A stretch of DNA of 63,094 bases, filler included, from Choristocarpus tenellus KU-1152 (taxonomy: Eukaryota > Protista > Phaeophyceae): the NCBI GenBank assembly GCA_964200185.2. It is 10 parts of 10 records of this genome, joined end to end, with 100 filler letters (N's around TTAATTAATTAA, not from the genome) between each part and the next. Parts side by side here need not be neighbours in the genome. Positions count along the whole stretch, not along the records: positions 41,020 to 52,435 come from CAXNAD020002331.1; positions 52,536 to 60,008 come from CAXNAD020006103.1; positions 60,109 to 63,094 come from CAXNAD020023135.1; 7 more parts are not named here. One strand, given 5' to 3'. The stretch's first letter is position 1. Each line of letters opens with the position of its first letter. Under the pieces are notes generated by a model. That model did not search any database. It had not been told where the DNA came from and saw only the letters and a list, made by a program, of their open reading frames with translations. This document shows, piece by piece, positions 48,351 to 60,213 of the stretch. The translations under genes were made by a program, and so were the position numbers.

Positions 48351-49470
48351 TTCTCATGGGAGGGATTCACACATATTCTCTCTTGACCAAGAAGGTATGG
48401 TTCTTTCAAGCTATTATTTTTTCGGTTGTATAATAACTGTACAATAATAAATACAAGAACAACCGCCTTTATGGCATCTTGTACCCCTATTAAAAAATAG
48501 TATATATATTGTGGTTATGAACAGGCTAGTTGGGGTGTTCCTTTTCCTCGGCAATAAAAAGGAGATTTAATAAGGGGAATTTTGCTCTCTTCACAGATGC
48601 ATTGATACATGTCTATAGATCTCTACGACTTGGTTGAACTAAAACAATACAGACATAAAAATGTATATATATATATGTATCTCCCCATTCGCTATTTCTT
48701 CATTAGTGCGAGAGGGTCAAAACTTTGAGTTTGCATCTTTTTTTTTCATATTTACAGTTTTGTAGAATTATATTATAAGTGCATAACAAAAAAACTTTCG
48801 ACAAACCACATATGCGACAAACACCACACTCCCTCACTCTGTCGACTACAAACCAACGGGTCTGGACAATATAGAGGAATAGTTGTCGCAGTTCTTTGAG
48901 AGGAACCACACCCACCGCACTGCAGATGTACGATGATGACGACCCGCCAGCCACTAGGGGATCTCACTAACAACGGGAATGGAATCGTGGACTCCGGAGG
49001 GGTAGACCCCAGGACATCCCAAAGGCAAGGCGAGGCCTCTGTCGCAGCAAGACACACTCCAATGTATCCTGTGCGTTCTGTAATTACCTGAAGGAGGGAT
49101 TAGCGCTTGAAGACTAGGCATAGCGAAGCATATGGTCACCATATCCTTCCGAAACCACACATTTGCATCGGAATCAGAGAGACGTGGTGTTCACCACTTC
49201 CACCGTAGTTCGGAACCAGTGACGTGCACGTTCCCCCCCATCAAGAGCAGAATGATACCCAACGACGAAGCTCGTGTTCTTCGATATCCGAGTTCCGATA
49301 TATGTATCGGATAGCAAACGATGTTCCTTCCAGTTTCTGTTTCCGATCCCAACCCTAGCACCTGTTCCAACCCTAACCCTGTGCCCCAGCCTTGACACAA
49401 TCTCTCACCCTTACATAATAACGAAATTATACCTAGTCATGTTTCTCCCTTCCTTCATCTGCTCGCCTCA

Positions 49471-49740
49471 TGTCATTTTTGCCATACTTTACCGTTCGAC
49501 GAAGTATGGCAAAAAGTGCGACTGTCCACATACCAACTTATTCGAAGCCACACGCATCATGTCATTTTTTCCGTACTTTGTCATACGACAAAGTGTGGCA
49601 AACGTTGCGGCGACCCATATACCAACTTTATTCAGGCCACACGCCTACGCCTCAAGTCATTTTCACCATACTTTACCGTACAACAGAGTATGGCAAAAGA
49701 CGCGGCTATCCACATACTAACCTCTTTGAAGTCGCACGCC
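49471..49740 (+). repeat. Three ~90-bp tandem units with internal inverted repeats
   Basis: GTCATTTT..CATACTTTACCGT.C.AC..AGTATGGCAAA...CACATAC.AAC.T.TT.GAAG.C.CACGC occurs three times. Confidence 0.85.
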
Positions 49741-49840
49741 TCCAAACCATCGTTCTCAACTTACCACAAACTTAATCGCGAACTCATATCGCCCACAGAG
49801 AAAGGGGCGGGTGCAATGGTATGCGCATATGGGGATATGT

Positions 49841-50098
49841 GAGCCAAAGTATCTTAGAGGGTAGAGCCGCGTCCATTTGGGGGTCGAATTCCAATTTTCC
49901 GATTTTGATGTAATTTTGACTATCGAGGTTTTGGGGAAGTGTCAATATCCTTGTTCCGGACACAATTTTTCATAACGTGCAAATTTTACCTACTCCGAAA
50001 CATATTGGAATAGGAAAATGTCATAAAACACCTGTGGGAAGCCAAGTCCCAAATGGACAAACAGGGCAAAACTCGTACCCTCTAAGATACTTTCACTC
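49841..50098 (+). mobile_element. Complete 258-bp MITE with 4-bp TSD ATGT
   Basis: GAGCCAAAGTATCTTAGAGGGTA...TACCCTCTAAGATACTTTCACTC, with ATGT on both sides. Confidence 0.92.
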
Positions 50099-50355
50099 AT
50101 GTGTTGACCGACATCACATCAAACGCTCAGTATCCCTTACACCACAAAACCCATCCTATACATTACTTTACCGTTCGACAGAACATGTCAATTGTGGTAC
50201 ATACATGCGCCAATATTGTCAGGGGCGACACCTACCATGACATTGTGAACTCTTTCCCCCCAACAATTAAGATGAAAACAGACACTCTGTAATTCGACAA
50301 ACTACCCACATTCACTTCGTCCTACGTGCTTCATGGTACGTTTTCGTAACCTTTT

Positions 50356-52435
50356 GGGTCAAAGTATCTTGGGGGGGGGGGTGTCGGCGTCCTTTTTTCA
50401 CCCTTTCAGGAAATTCTAATCGGGGCGGTTTCGGTTCTTGATGTATCAAACACACCCTTCTCCATGATTTAAAAGTGGGGTGTCAACTAACACGTCCGTA
50501 CTCCGTGGAACACGTCGTGACCAAACATTGTGCAAGCCCCTTCCACCAAACAAATATGCTGTATTACCTATGTTCGCATCATGAAGATGCATCGCTAATG
50601 TCAAAGGGAAACAAACCCACCCAACTCATATCGTAACCCCCTTCGGATCCCACTCAGGAAATGGGAACTAAAGAGACTGCCCAAGACCAGTGCCGTCCGT
50701 TCGTGAAAGAAATCCAAAACGGACCATATCATAACCTCTTCCTCTCCATGTTTGTCAACCATGATGGTTCAGAAGAGATGGAAGGAAGCGGCCGCACTTG
50801 GAATGACCTTGCCTCTTGGTTGTTGGATGAGAAAAGAAGATTTGCACCGTTGGCGAGCGCGCTGCGAGTTGGGCTGGCTCGGGAAGAATGAGAGTCCACA
50901 CCTGATCTCCAGGTCAAGACATTCCTATAATGTGTAAATAAAGATCTAAGCACTGAGCACACCCGCCAGGTATACAAATCCATCCTTGTCGGCATTGCTC
51001 CTGATGTTGAAATAGGCGATGACGGGGTAACATCGACGTTTCAACCCCTTCTGTCTGTCACAGCAAGAAAATACGACATCAACGTCGACACACTCAGCTC
51101 ATCCGCCAAGAACGCACAGAATTCATGCGAGACATGCGGTGACAGGCGAGCCCTTCCGCATTGGCTGCCGATGACGATGGAGGATTGTCTCCTGTATCCG
51201 ACACCCACGCCCCTCGCTACTCTCCCAAAGACACCGCCCACAGGTATGGAAGTTCATTCTCATCAAACATCAACGGTGTGACACACATAACTTGGCCCCC
51301 GGGTGAACACGTCCACTGTATGTCCAAAATAATTTCATCACTAACAGATACCCAGTGATCCCCCATTTCCTGGTGCACAACCGACAGATGCCCCACATCT
51401 CCCATTGTTACCTCAGACAATACGGCAGACCAAGGGTATTCGACGTGGGAAGGGACAGCTCGTCACGACAGTTCGATGTCCAGCATCCTGATACGCATGT
51501 TCTTGGTATCACCGTATGGGAGAGCAACAGCACCGTCATGGCCCACGATCCGGTCACATCTCATGATTTCCATCCAGGGCATGCACTACTTAGACCCGCA
51601 TATGAACATGAGAGTTGGACGCCCGGATGCACTGTCCCACAGCACGCTCAGAGGTACTCTGCACCAGCGAGTGTCATCCTCACAAATATTGCGCATATCC
51701 AGAGCCAAAGTATCTTAGAGGGTAGATCCGCGTCCAATTGGGGGCCACAATCCAAAGTTGCGATTTTGTTGTAGTTTTGGTTATCCTATTTGTTAGGAAG
51801 TGTCAATATCCTTGTTCCAGACACACCTTTTCATAACGTATACATCTTACACACTCTGAAACATTTTGGAGTAGGTAAAATGCTATTAAAAACCCGTGGA
51901 AAGCCAAGCCCCAAATGGATAAGAGGGGGCAAAACGCGTACCCTCTAAGATGCTTTCACTCCCCACCCTCGACACTATATGGATTAATCATTGTAACATG
52001 TTTATCCTCGACCAACAACACTCTTAACATTACACTACGTAAATGTGGCACAACCGATGTGACAGCAGGTCACAGATTGGGACAGATGAGGATGTCTACA
52101 CCAACTTCAGGGAGAGATTCGAACAGGAGGGGACGTCAGAACCAATACCCTGTCTGCCGACATTCGTGAAGCGGAGATCGTTCTACATCACAAAGGCCAC
52201 GCCAAGGTGTGTGCAGAAATAGTCTTTCCATTTTTAGGACACACGCTACAGTGATAATTGGGTAAGTCTATGTTTCCTAGCCGCCACAGGGTACCCAGCC
52301 ACATACTGCATCATCCGTGTCCACTCACAAGGGGTGCTAACCCACCGTATCCCTCCCTTCACTCTTCCACGCAACACAGATCGTGCGTTTGCATTCACCA
52401 CATGACCACCGACCGTCAGGTTTAGTGCCTAAGAG
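50356..52435 (+). mobile_element. 5' part of a decayed large Sola2-like transposon
   Basis: It starts GGGTCAAAGTATCTT(G)n, with decayed ORFs from 50661. Near 52080-52215, EDVYTNFRERF...PCLPTFVKRRSFYITKATPRC resembles the YxxF...FxxxRPFxI...C segment upstream of Sola2-type DDD domains. Confidence 0.5.
51702..51961 (+). mobile_element. Complete 260-bp MITE nested in the large element
   Basis: It has the same TIRs, with flanks TCCA / CCCA (4-bp TSD with one mismatch). Confidence 0.9.
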
Positions 52436-52819
52436 NNNNNNNNNNNNNNNNNNNNNNNNNNNNNNNNNNNNNNNNNNNNTTAATTAATTAANNNNNNNNN
52501 NNNNNNNNNNNNNNNNNNNNNNNNNNNNNNNNNNNTTTCAATACAACTGGTAGTACCTTTCAACTGCCTTCCCCCCCCCCCCCACCGACTTCACCTCTCA
52601 GCAGATGCATACTAGAGTCTAACTCTTTTTATGTGGGTTTACCCCCTGTAGTTATTTAAAGGCCACAACTCACCTGTCGTGGAGCATCAACTGCCCTGAC
52701 CATAAAATGTGTTGAATCTTCTAGTTGACTCTTTCATTCTCTCTTCTTACTCCCAATTGTGGCCCTGGGGCTGCGCCTGTGGCCAAACATGGGTTATTGC
52801 GTCATCATCATTTTCCTAG

Positions 52820-53765
52820 GTAAATCTTCGTGTGACATCATGTGTAGAGTTCAGCAAGAATGTCATGGGCATGGTGGAGGGGCAGATCAAGTCTGGTGTG
52901 GTCAAGGGTACCCGTCAGAGCTTTTCGGAGTTGCTTACACTCATTGAGGGGGCTGTTAATGGGACTGGATCCAAGGGTGGCCGCCGCTCAAAACCCAAGG
53001 TGTCAAGTCAACTTGCCCTTTTCGTTCCCCTTATCATTTGGTTTAGGATTAGGGTTGGTGGCGGGGAAGGGGGGGGGGTGAAATGGAGTTGAATGTGGGG
53101 TTTGAGATGTAAGTGTGTGTAGTTTGGAGTTTGTTCTGGTCTTTCAAGTACATAATATTATTAGAGTGATAAACCATACACTCGTTAAATCATTTGGGGG
53201 AGTACATATAAATCTTCATCCCGAGGGTACTTGCCAAGGAGTTGTAAATACCCATTTTGGGTAGTACATGACTAACCTGTCAGAGATGTTGAAGTGCAAT
53301 CTAGACCACTTGGCCGGGTATTTTGACAATTGCAACTTTCATTCAACTTTCATTCAGAGCGCGCTAGAAGTAAAAGGATGAGAGCCTCTGGAGCCTCTCT
53401 GCCCACCCATAATGTTCACAGGAATGAAAATTGCCCCACAACATAAGCCCAACTCTCTCTGGAGAACCCATCAAACCTCAACCCCCCCCACCCCCAACTT
53501 GTACACGCCTCCTGACCTGCTGCAACTGCAGTCTGGGTGCCTCTTGAATTCGTGCTACGCATTGCTGGTGATGGTTGTGATGGGTTTATTGGCACTAAGA
53601 TTCTCCTCAGCGCCCGCCATGTATTGGCAAGAAATGCAGCAAGGTATTAATAATGCAACCGTGGATGTGGCTACAGAGCTAGCAGAACTTGTCCCTGAGG
53701 GCATGGCCAGTGGAGTGGTGCAGAAGAAACCGGAGGCTTGTCCGCTGGAAGAGAGTGTGGGATAG
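52820..53765 (+). CDS. 3' end of a VASt (StART-like)-domain membrane protein
   Basis: Exons are 52820-52999 (VNLRVTSCVEFSKNVMGMVEGQIKSGVVKGTRQSF, like the last strand and helix of VASt) and 53532-53765 (hydrophobic helix YALLVMVVMGLLAL, then stop). Confidence 0.55.
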
Positions 53766-56700
53766 CATGGATCTGTAGTGTAGTCAAGATTCATGTAAGA
53801 ATAGCTTCATCTTTCCTCTTTTTTTTTACTTGCCAATTGCTCAGGACAAGCTGTGCTGAAAAGGTTAAATTGAATTTTGTGTCACTGCTACTTTTTGATG
53901 TTGTGTGGTGTTGTATTGTGTCCCTTTGAGATTATTTTTTTTAAGAATATATGCTCCTAGGTTTTGTTTTGTGTCACCTTGTCCTTGGCGGTCATTTTTC
54001 ATTGGTAGACCTCTTTTTCGTGGAAGAATGGAAACCACACACATGGCATGAACCATAGAAGGGCCCTGCAGAGGTACAGGGCTCCAAGGTGAACTTGATT
54101 GCGTAAAGGTTTTTTAATGCTTGATGTGCTGCAGCGCACAACTCCATGTTGTACTAGTTCGACATTGTAAACTAAGGAAGTGAAAATATCCGCCCCACCC
54201 CCCACCCCTGCCCCTTGCTCTCCTCCCGAACTGGATTAGTTTTGTCTCTCAGCTCTTGCTTGTTTGACCATGAGTGATTGTGCTATTATTAGTGTGGCAG
54301 GGTCGGGGTTGGAGAGATTTTGTTGGAGTTTTGTATTTTAGTGTTGCATAGTTCCAATTCCATTTTTGAAATTTCAGTGTATTGTTCCTCCTCCTCTTCC
54401 TCCCACCATTCCTCTCCGAGGAAACTTAGAGGATTAGGTTGGGGGGGGGGGGTTGTGTAAGAAGTGAACACATCATTTCATTCCTCGTATGTTTTTGGTT
54501 TTTGTCATGAGTCTCGTCTATTGCGTGCTTTGAATATTTTGCTGTTCTTTGTGAGTCAGTTACAAATATTGTGTGTGTGTGTTCAAGTAATGGCTTGGTG
54601 TTGAGATTTAGAGAAGAGTGGGTTGGGTGTTTGAAGGGGCTATCTTGGGTGTTTGAAGGGGCTATCCCCTTGGGCAGCATTTCGTTCGGTGTCTTGAAGT
54701 CATGTGTATATTTCAATTGCATGTATCCGAAGGTACACACTGACAGTCCCCTCTTGGCCGCCCCTATCAAGAAATGCAGTTACGAAACATGTGGTTCTAC
54801 ATTAAATTGCTTAAGTAGGGCCAAGTACTGTAACACGAGTATGGTGAGGAGTGGGTTCTGTCCAGTACAGAATGGGGATGGTCCCATTGTGTGACAATGG
54901 TTACATTTGTACTGACTGCTGGCTGTTCTTTGAGCACCAAATGACAAGAAATGGAGAGCAAAACATTAATATATCATTGTGAACTGTTATGCTTGTGGCA
55001 CAAAGATCTTGCTTCTCATTGCATGATACGTTATTGTATATGTGTGTGTATCATTTGGTGCATGTGAAGGTAGTCTTGTGTTGTCTTCCATGGACAAAAA
55101 ATATGCTTGGGCTCTTGCTCAGGTGTTTCGAAATATGTGTATTTACCCTACTCTTATGGTCTAATCTCTCCATCTAGATCATGCATGCCATAGTGATGAA
55201 TGTACGAAAGCAGCATATATAATGTCAAGGGGCAGGACTGTAACCTATGATGCATGCATTGATGTCATGCAAAACATGAAACAGAAAAAATCAAAGGGCA
55301 AACTCAATTTCAAGCCTGTATCCATGACTTCCATGATCCCTCTCACAGGGCACCTTTTACAAGTCATGATTGCTGGCAAATCGTCACTCAAAAGCATATT
55401 GTACTCATGGTTCAAGCTTTCGGCACCCACAGGTACATTGTCCAATGGGCAGGTCTGATTCTTGGTCATATTTGGTGGAGACTTGGGAATATCGAGGTCT
55501 ACATGTTCTGCACAGAAACTGAAAAGGCTTGACGTGTATTCGCATTGACCGCAACCCTCGCCCGAATCAATATGGCAGAGGCATGCATAGATCTTCCACA
55601 ACAGTCAAATAATATACACAACATGATCAAACACCTATCACTATTTTAATAGATTGCCTACCAGTCGCCTACCTTCTCCTTGAGCAACTTCAAACAAAAT
55701 TATCCATGTCTGAGGTAATGGTATAGATACCAGGTCTGGTTCTCACCTCCATATGTATCCCAGATGTTGGGATCGTGTCTGGTAGCCGCATTACAGGTCA
55801 CAAGTTCAAACCTCATCCAAGTCATGGTGTGTGTCTGAGGTTAAGTCTCATTTTCACTTGTGTTGTAAAGTTCCAATATAGATCTGAACGTATCAATGTG
55901 GGTTCTAGGTTGGGTGCGAGGTTGGACTGAGCAGGAAACTGGATACGGTCCTGTACTGTAACTGAGGAGTCATCCTGGTACTTCTAGTTCCCAGGGAAAA
56001 TACTGAGCCAGGTCTAATTTGCAGTGCAGGATAGTGCAAACACCTCGCATGGAACCTACCCCAGCAAGGAAAGCTGTTGATGTGTCAATGTATCACTGTT
56101 AGGTCAAGGAGGCAAGTAAGTCGTTTCGCCCTCCCATATGAAAGCAACAGGTTCAGAATAAAGGCAACAAAACACTACAAAACAACTCCCTCATTTTTTC
56201 ATCCACAACGTCATCCTGGGAAACAAAAAACTGAACAGCACACAATACGTTCTTCAGTCAACTCAGCCTGCCAAAACTAATGCCAGGAGTTCCTGAAAGA
56301 GCTCCTCCAAGGATATAGATCAGAATCGCACAGTCGAGATATATATGCATACCATCTTGGCTGTCAAAAAACACTGCTCCGGGTGACAAAAGAACTCCCA
56401 CTTCGAAGTAGTCATTTCTCTACCTATTACCTCTGTGCTCTCTTCCCCTTCACAAGGGCTTACACACTACTCTAACACAACCGGCAAACACAGACAAATA
56501 CACACACAGTCTTGTCCCTTTGAACACTATTGTATCAATTGGAAAGAGCAAAGGGGAAAAAAATGCACACATCTACATGCAGCACTATCCCTTTGATTTT
56601 GGAAACCGCAAGACAAAAGCAAAAGCAATTCTTCGCTATTGCCTGTAAAACACAATAATATATTGCACTCACGTCCAGCCAGGACTAGCCATTAAACTTG

Positions 56701-57397
56701 TGATAAGGATAATGAAAACAAACTACACATGTGATACTCCTTTTGTAAAGAGCTGACAAAAAATCAAGTCTATAAAAGCAAACCTATTCGGTACATGATG
56801 TGCAACACAACAATAATGGATTGATGTTGGTCTCTGGGCAAAGATATCCCCATGCATCATACATACCCTCCGCCTAACATTGGTTTTCCGAGTCCTGTTT
56901 GTTGTCTCGAAATACTGGATACTTGTGGATATCTCATCAAGAGGCCATTTAATCTCTGCTCCAATGTTCCTCCCACATGCCCTAAACCCCCCAAAAAGGA
57001 ACCAACAAACAACTGTACCGACAATTCTTATCCATGATATACAACCTCACACCATAATAGCATACTCACATACTTGCTGAAAGATATATTGTAGTTTTAT
57101 CTGGAAAACTAAGCTCAACCAATAGCGCTCAGGACTGTACAGCAATATAGTACCAACAAGCAACAGCCACGCCATGATATTTCCACAACAAGACGTATCA
57201 AGACTCCATACAGTTGTTGAAATAGTTACTTCCCTGCACAATGCCAGTTACTATAACACAAAAAGTAAATCAATGCAATCAATGGAGAAGGAATATATTT
57301 GAACACATCATTCATGAATAAAAAATATTGTGTATAATTGTCAGACCTAGGGGATAACGTCATACTCACAATACTTGTCATCAAGCAGTGTTGTTTA

Positions 57398-58981
57398 TCA
57401 CTCACTGAGTGGACAGACCGCTTGATTTGGCACTTTACAGTCTAGCTCTGAGGACTCCCCAGGACCAGATACTGGAACATCGTTAAGCTTAACCTCATCA
57501 ATCTCGGTAGACACGTCCTTGAGATTTGCTACTTGTGCTCTCCAGTCTCTACTCTTTTTAATTGTCCTTGGCGACCGAGTCCGATCTTCGATCGCAGGAG
57601 TAGGGTCAATCCCGTAGATCCAGCCAAAGTTAGCTGCCAGGAGTTCCAGTTGAGCGTGCATAGCCTCGGGAGTGGGGTTCCTAACTAATGACACAGTCTT
57701 GGCGATAACCTGTGGATGGTGTCTTGTCAGAGTCTGCGTTGCAGCCTTCTCGTGCCTTAAGATTTACACGCAGAGAAGATCGGATTAGGGTAGAGGGGGT
57801 GGTGGACGGTCACGGCTCAGGCATTAGGATCGATCAGAACACAACGGGATATACAGTGGACACCAGTTCAATCCTTGAATCGAGAACATGGAGGACCACT
57901 TCACTTGTTCAGCATGGGATGATAAAAGAAAACTCCCACTGGAAGACCAACACGAAAGGGTGAGCGACAAAACAATAAAGCCAACCCGTTGGTGATCCAC
58001 TACTGTTGTACAACTTCATCATGAGCGCAGTTCATAAAATATTGAATAATCCATTGACTTTCTATTTGTTGCTCCACTACTGGTAGTAAAACGTGAAGGA
58101 TGTACGACCCTTTAGCAATTCCCTCTCACACAATTGATCCATATCAGAATTGATGTGTAACTTCTTCCCCACATCCCTACTCGCTGATTAAAACCATCAT
58201 GTACCACATGAAAGTACAGAATTTCAAACGCAACATGTACACCTGCCACTCAAGCACGACGCACCTTCCATTTCCTGAAATTACAGACACAAGAGCACCT
58301 GCTCCATCGAGGCAGGATTCATGAGGCTTGAAATGGCAATTGGCCACGTAGGAAATCGCCGCTATCTTCCAGCAGGCTGGCTGTCTTGGGAAGTGACCTT
58401 CGAAACGCTCGCGGGCGCTGACTATCTCCACTTCGGCAAGGATGCACGCAGCCTTCTGAAGGAAAAGCTCTGTGCTAGCTCGGACCCAACGTTCATCGGC
58501 GTTGGTGACGATTACTACGGGACCATGACGAAGCGCTGCCTTCACGCAATCCACGACACCAGCCTCGACCAATCGAAGCTGTAAGGGCAGGAGAGGGTGT
58601 CATTGAGAATTAGGGCAATGAGTGACTCTATTCAAGCTTCATCTGGGTCTAACGAGGAGAAAGTACCTCTCTATAGACTTGAAAGACACCCACCTGTGCC
58701 CTTTGAGACGGAGTGATGGGTACCTGATGTCCCCCTTGATGACCTGCACACTCTGTGCCAGATGACACATGTCTTTTCTCCAAGGACTTCCCCGCGCGCA
58801 GAAGACCCACAAACGTTGTCGGACAAAGAACATCGTCCCAGTCAAAAACAGTCACCGCAGGGACCCTTCCATCTGATATCCTGTTACTGAAGTCCCACAC
58901 CGCCGAGGAGTTTATTCCGCCATAGTGGTAGGTGGAACCCCAATGATCGGGCTCTTGACCAGGACGAGCACGTCTCGCCAT
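57398..58981 (-). CDS. HAD-superfamily protein of the protist DWDD(T) family
   Basis: Approximate exons are 58981-58667, 58578-58265 and 57755-57398. They give VTVFDWDDVLCPT...VVIVTNADERWV...IVSARERFE...WKIAA...ISGNGRHEKAA...KTVSLVRNPT. The start codon is uncertain. Confidence 0.75.
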
Positions 58982-59841
58982 ATGTACAAAGACAATGGAA
59001 CTGTCAAACACCCTCGCTTAATCTCAATCCTCAAAACTCTGTCTCACTCAACGCAATCAACGTCGCTTCGAGCACACACTTTGAGAGAGAATGCCAGGAG
59101 TGGAAATCGTTGAGACCTTCTCATTTCGATCATGTTCATTACATCGATCACACTTCACTACTACCTCAACTGTGTAAATTCTTAACAGGTTCCCCTTCAT
59201 CTCTGAATATGAAATATGAAATATGAAATATGAAAGTCAGATATTATTGAATCAAGATTCCACTTTCTATTTGATATTTTGTAATATATTTACCATTTAT
59301 TCGGATCATATCCTGTTTTCCAGATATTTACAAAACAGTATTAAAAATTTGTTTTGTGTGTTGGGTAGATTTATCCAAACTTTGGTTCTAGTAATGTTGA
59401 TGTGTATTAAATCTTTGTATTACGTTTCGATATTTTGTTTCGATATTGTTGGTGGTGGAGACCAACGTAAACACACAGAACACTACAATGTTAAACGTCG
59501 ACTATAACTGTTACAATAGTAGTAGAATGTCAGAGGGCATAATAATATAATATATATATGTAAATAGTAGTAGTGGATTTAATTGTTGAAAGGGTGGAGA
59601 ATGTAAAAGAGCATAATAGTGTATGTATTCAAGTATTCATGACAGTAGTCAACGTTTAAAATAATATATTAGTGTGACAGATTCCTATTTGTAGACCAGT
59701 ACCCCAATGACTTGAATAGGCAGATGGTCAGATTCTAGGGATGCTTCCCTCACTCCTCGTCCATGTTTGAGGGGTAAGTAAGCTACGATGGATAGGATCA
59801 GTCCAAACATTGCGTTGTAATTTCTCACACATTATTGTAGG

Positions 59842-59990
59842 TATTTTTATTATTATGCTCTCTGACATTTTACAGATGTGTCAGGGGGAAACCAATCTAG
59901 GTATTGTTGGTATGGAAAATATTTATTTGAGAGATATTTTATTATTATGCCCTCTGACATTTTGCAGATGTGTCAGGGGGAAACCAATGA
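59842..59990 (+). repeat. Local tandem duplication
   Basis: TATTATTATGC.CTCTGACATTTT.CAGATGTGTCAGGGGGAAACCAAT occurs twice next to the contig end. Confidence 0.8.
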
Positions 59991-60108
59991 AAACTATATG
60001 CCTATGTGNNNNNNNNNNNNNNNNNNNNNNNNNNNNNNNNNNNNNNNNNNNNTTAATTAATTAANNNNNNNNNNNNNNNNNNNNNNNNNNNNNNNNNNNN
60101 NNNNNNNN

Positions 60109-60213
60109 TTACGCAGTTGGTGGAGAGCATTATCGTTTCTTTCTATAATTTTCGGGACAGTGCCATCTGTTGGTAGTGCCCCCCCCCCCCCCCCCCCCCA
60201 GATACTTTGGGTC
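60109..60213 (-). mobile_element. Terminus of poly-G-type Sola2-like element
   Basis: (C)n-AGATACTTTGGGTC. Confidence 0.6.

Noticed and set aside
41020-52435. Endogenous giant-virus (phaeovirus-like) segment
   Set aside because: No recognisable viral core gene is present, and the coding remnants are spliced and interleaved with host-type TEs.
54570-56080. Cys-rich coding-like fragments on the minus strand
   Set aside because: I could not build a consistent exon chain or recognise a domain, so I left it unannotated.
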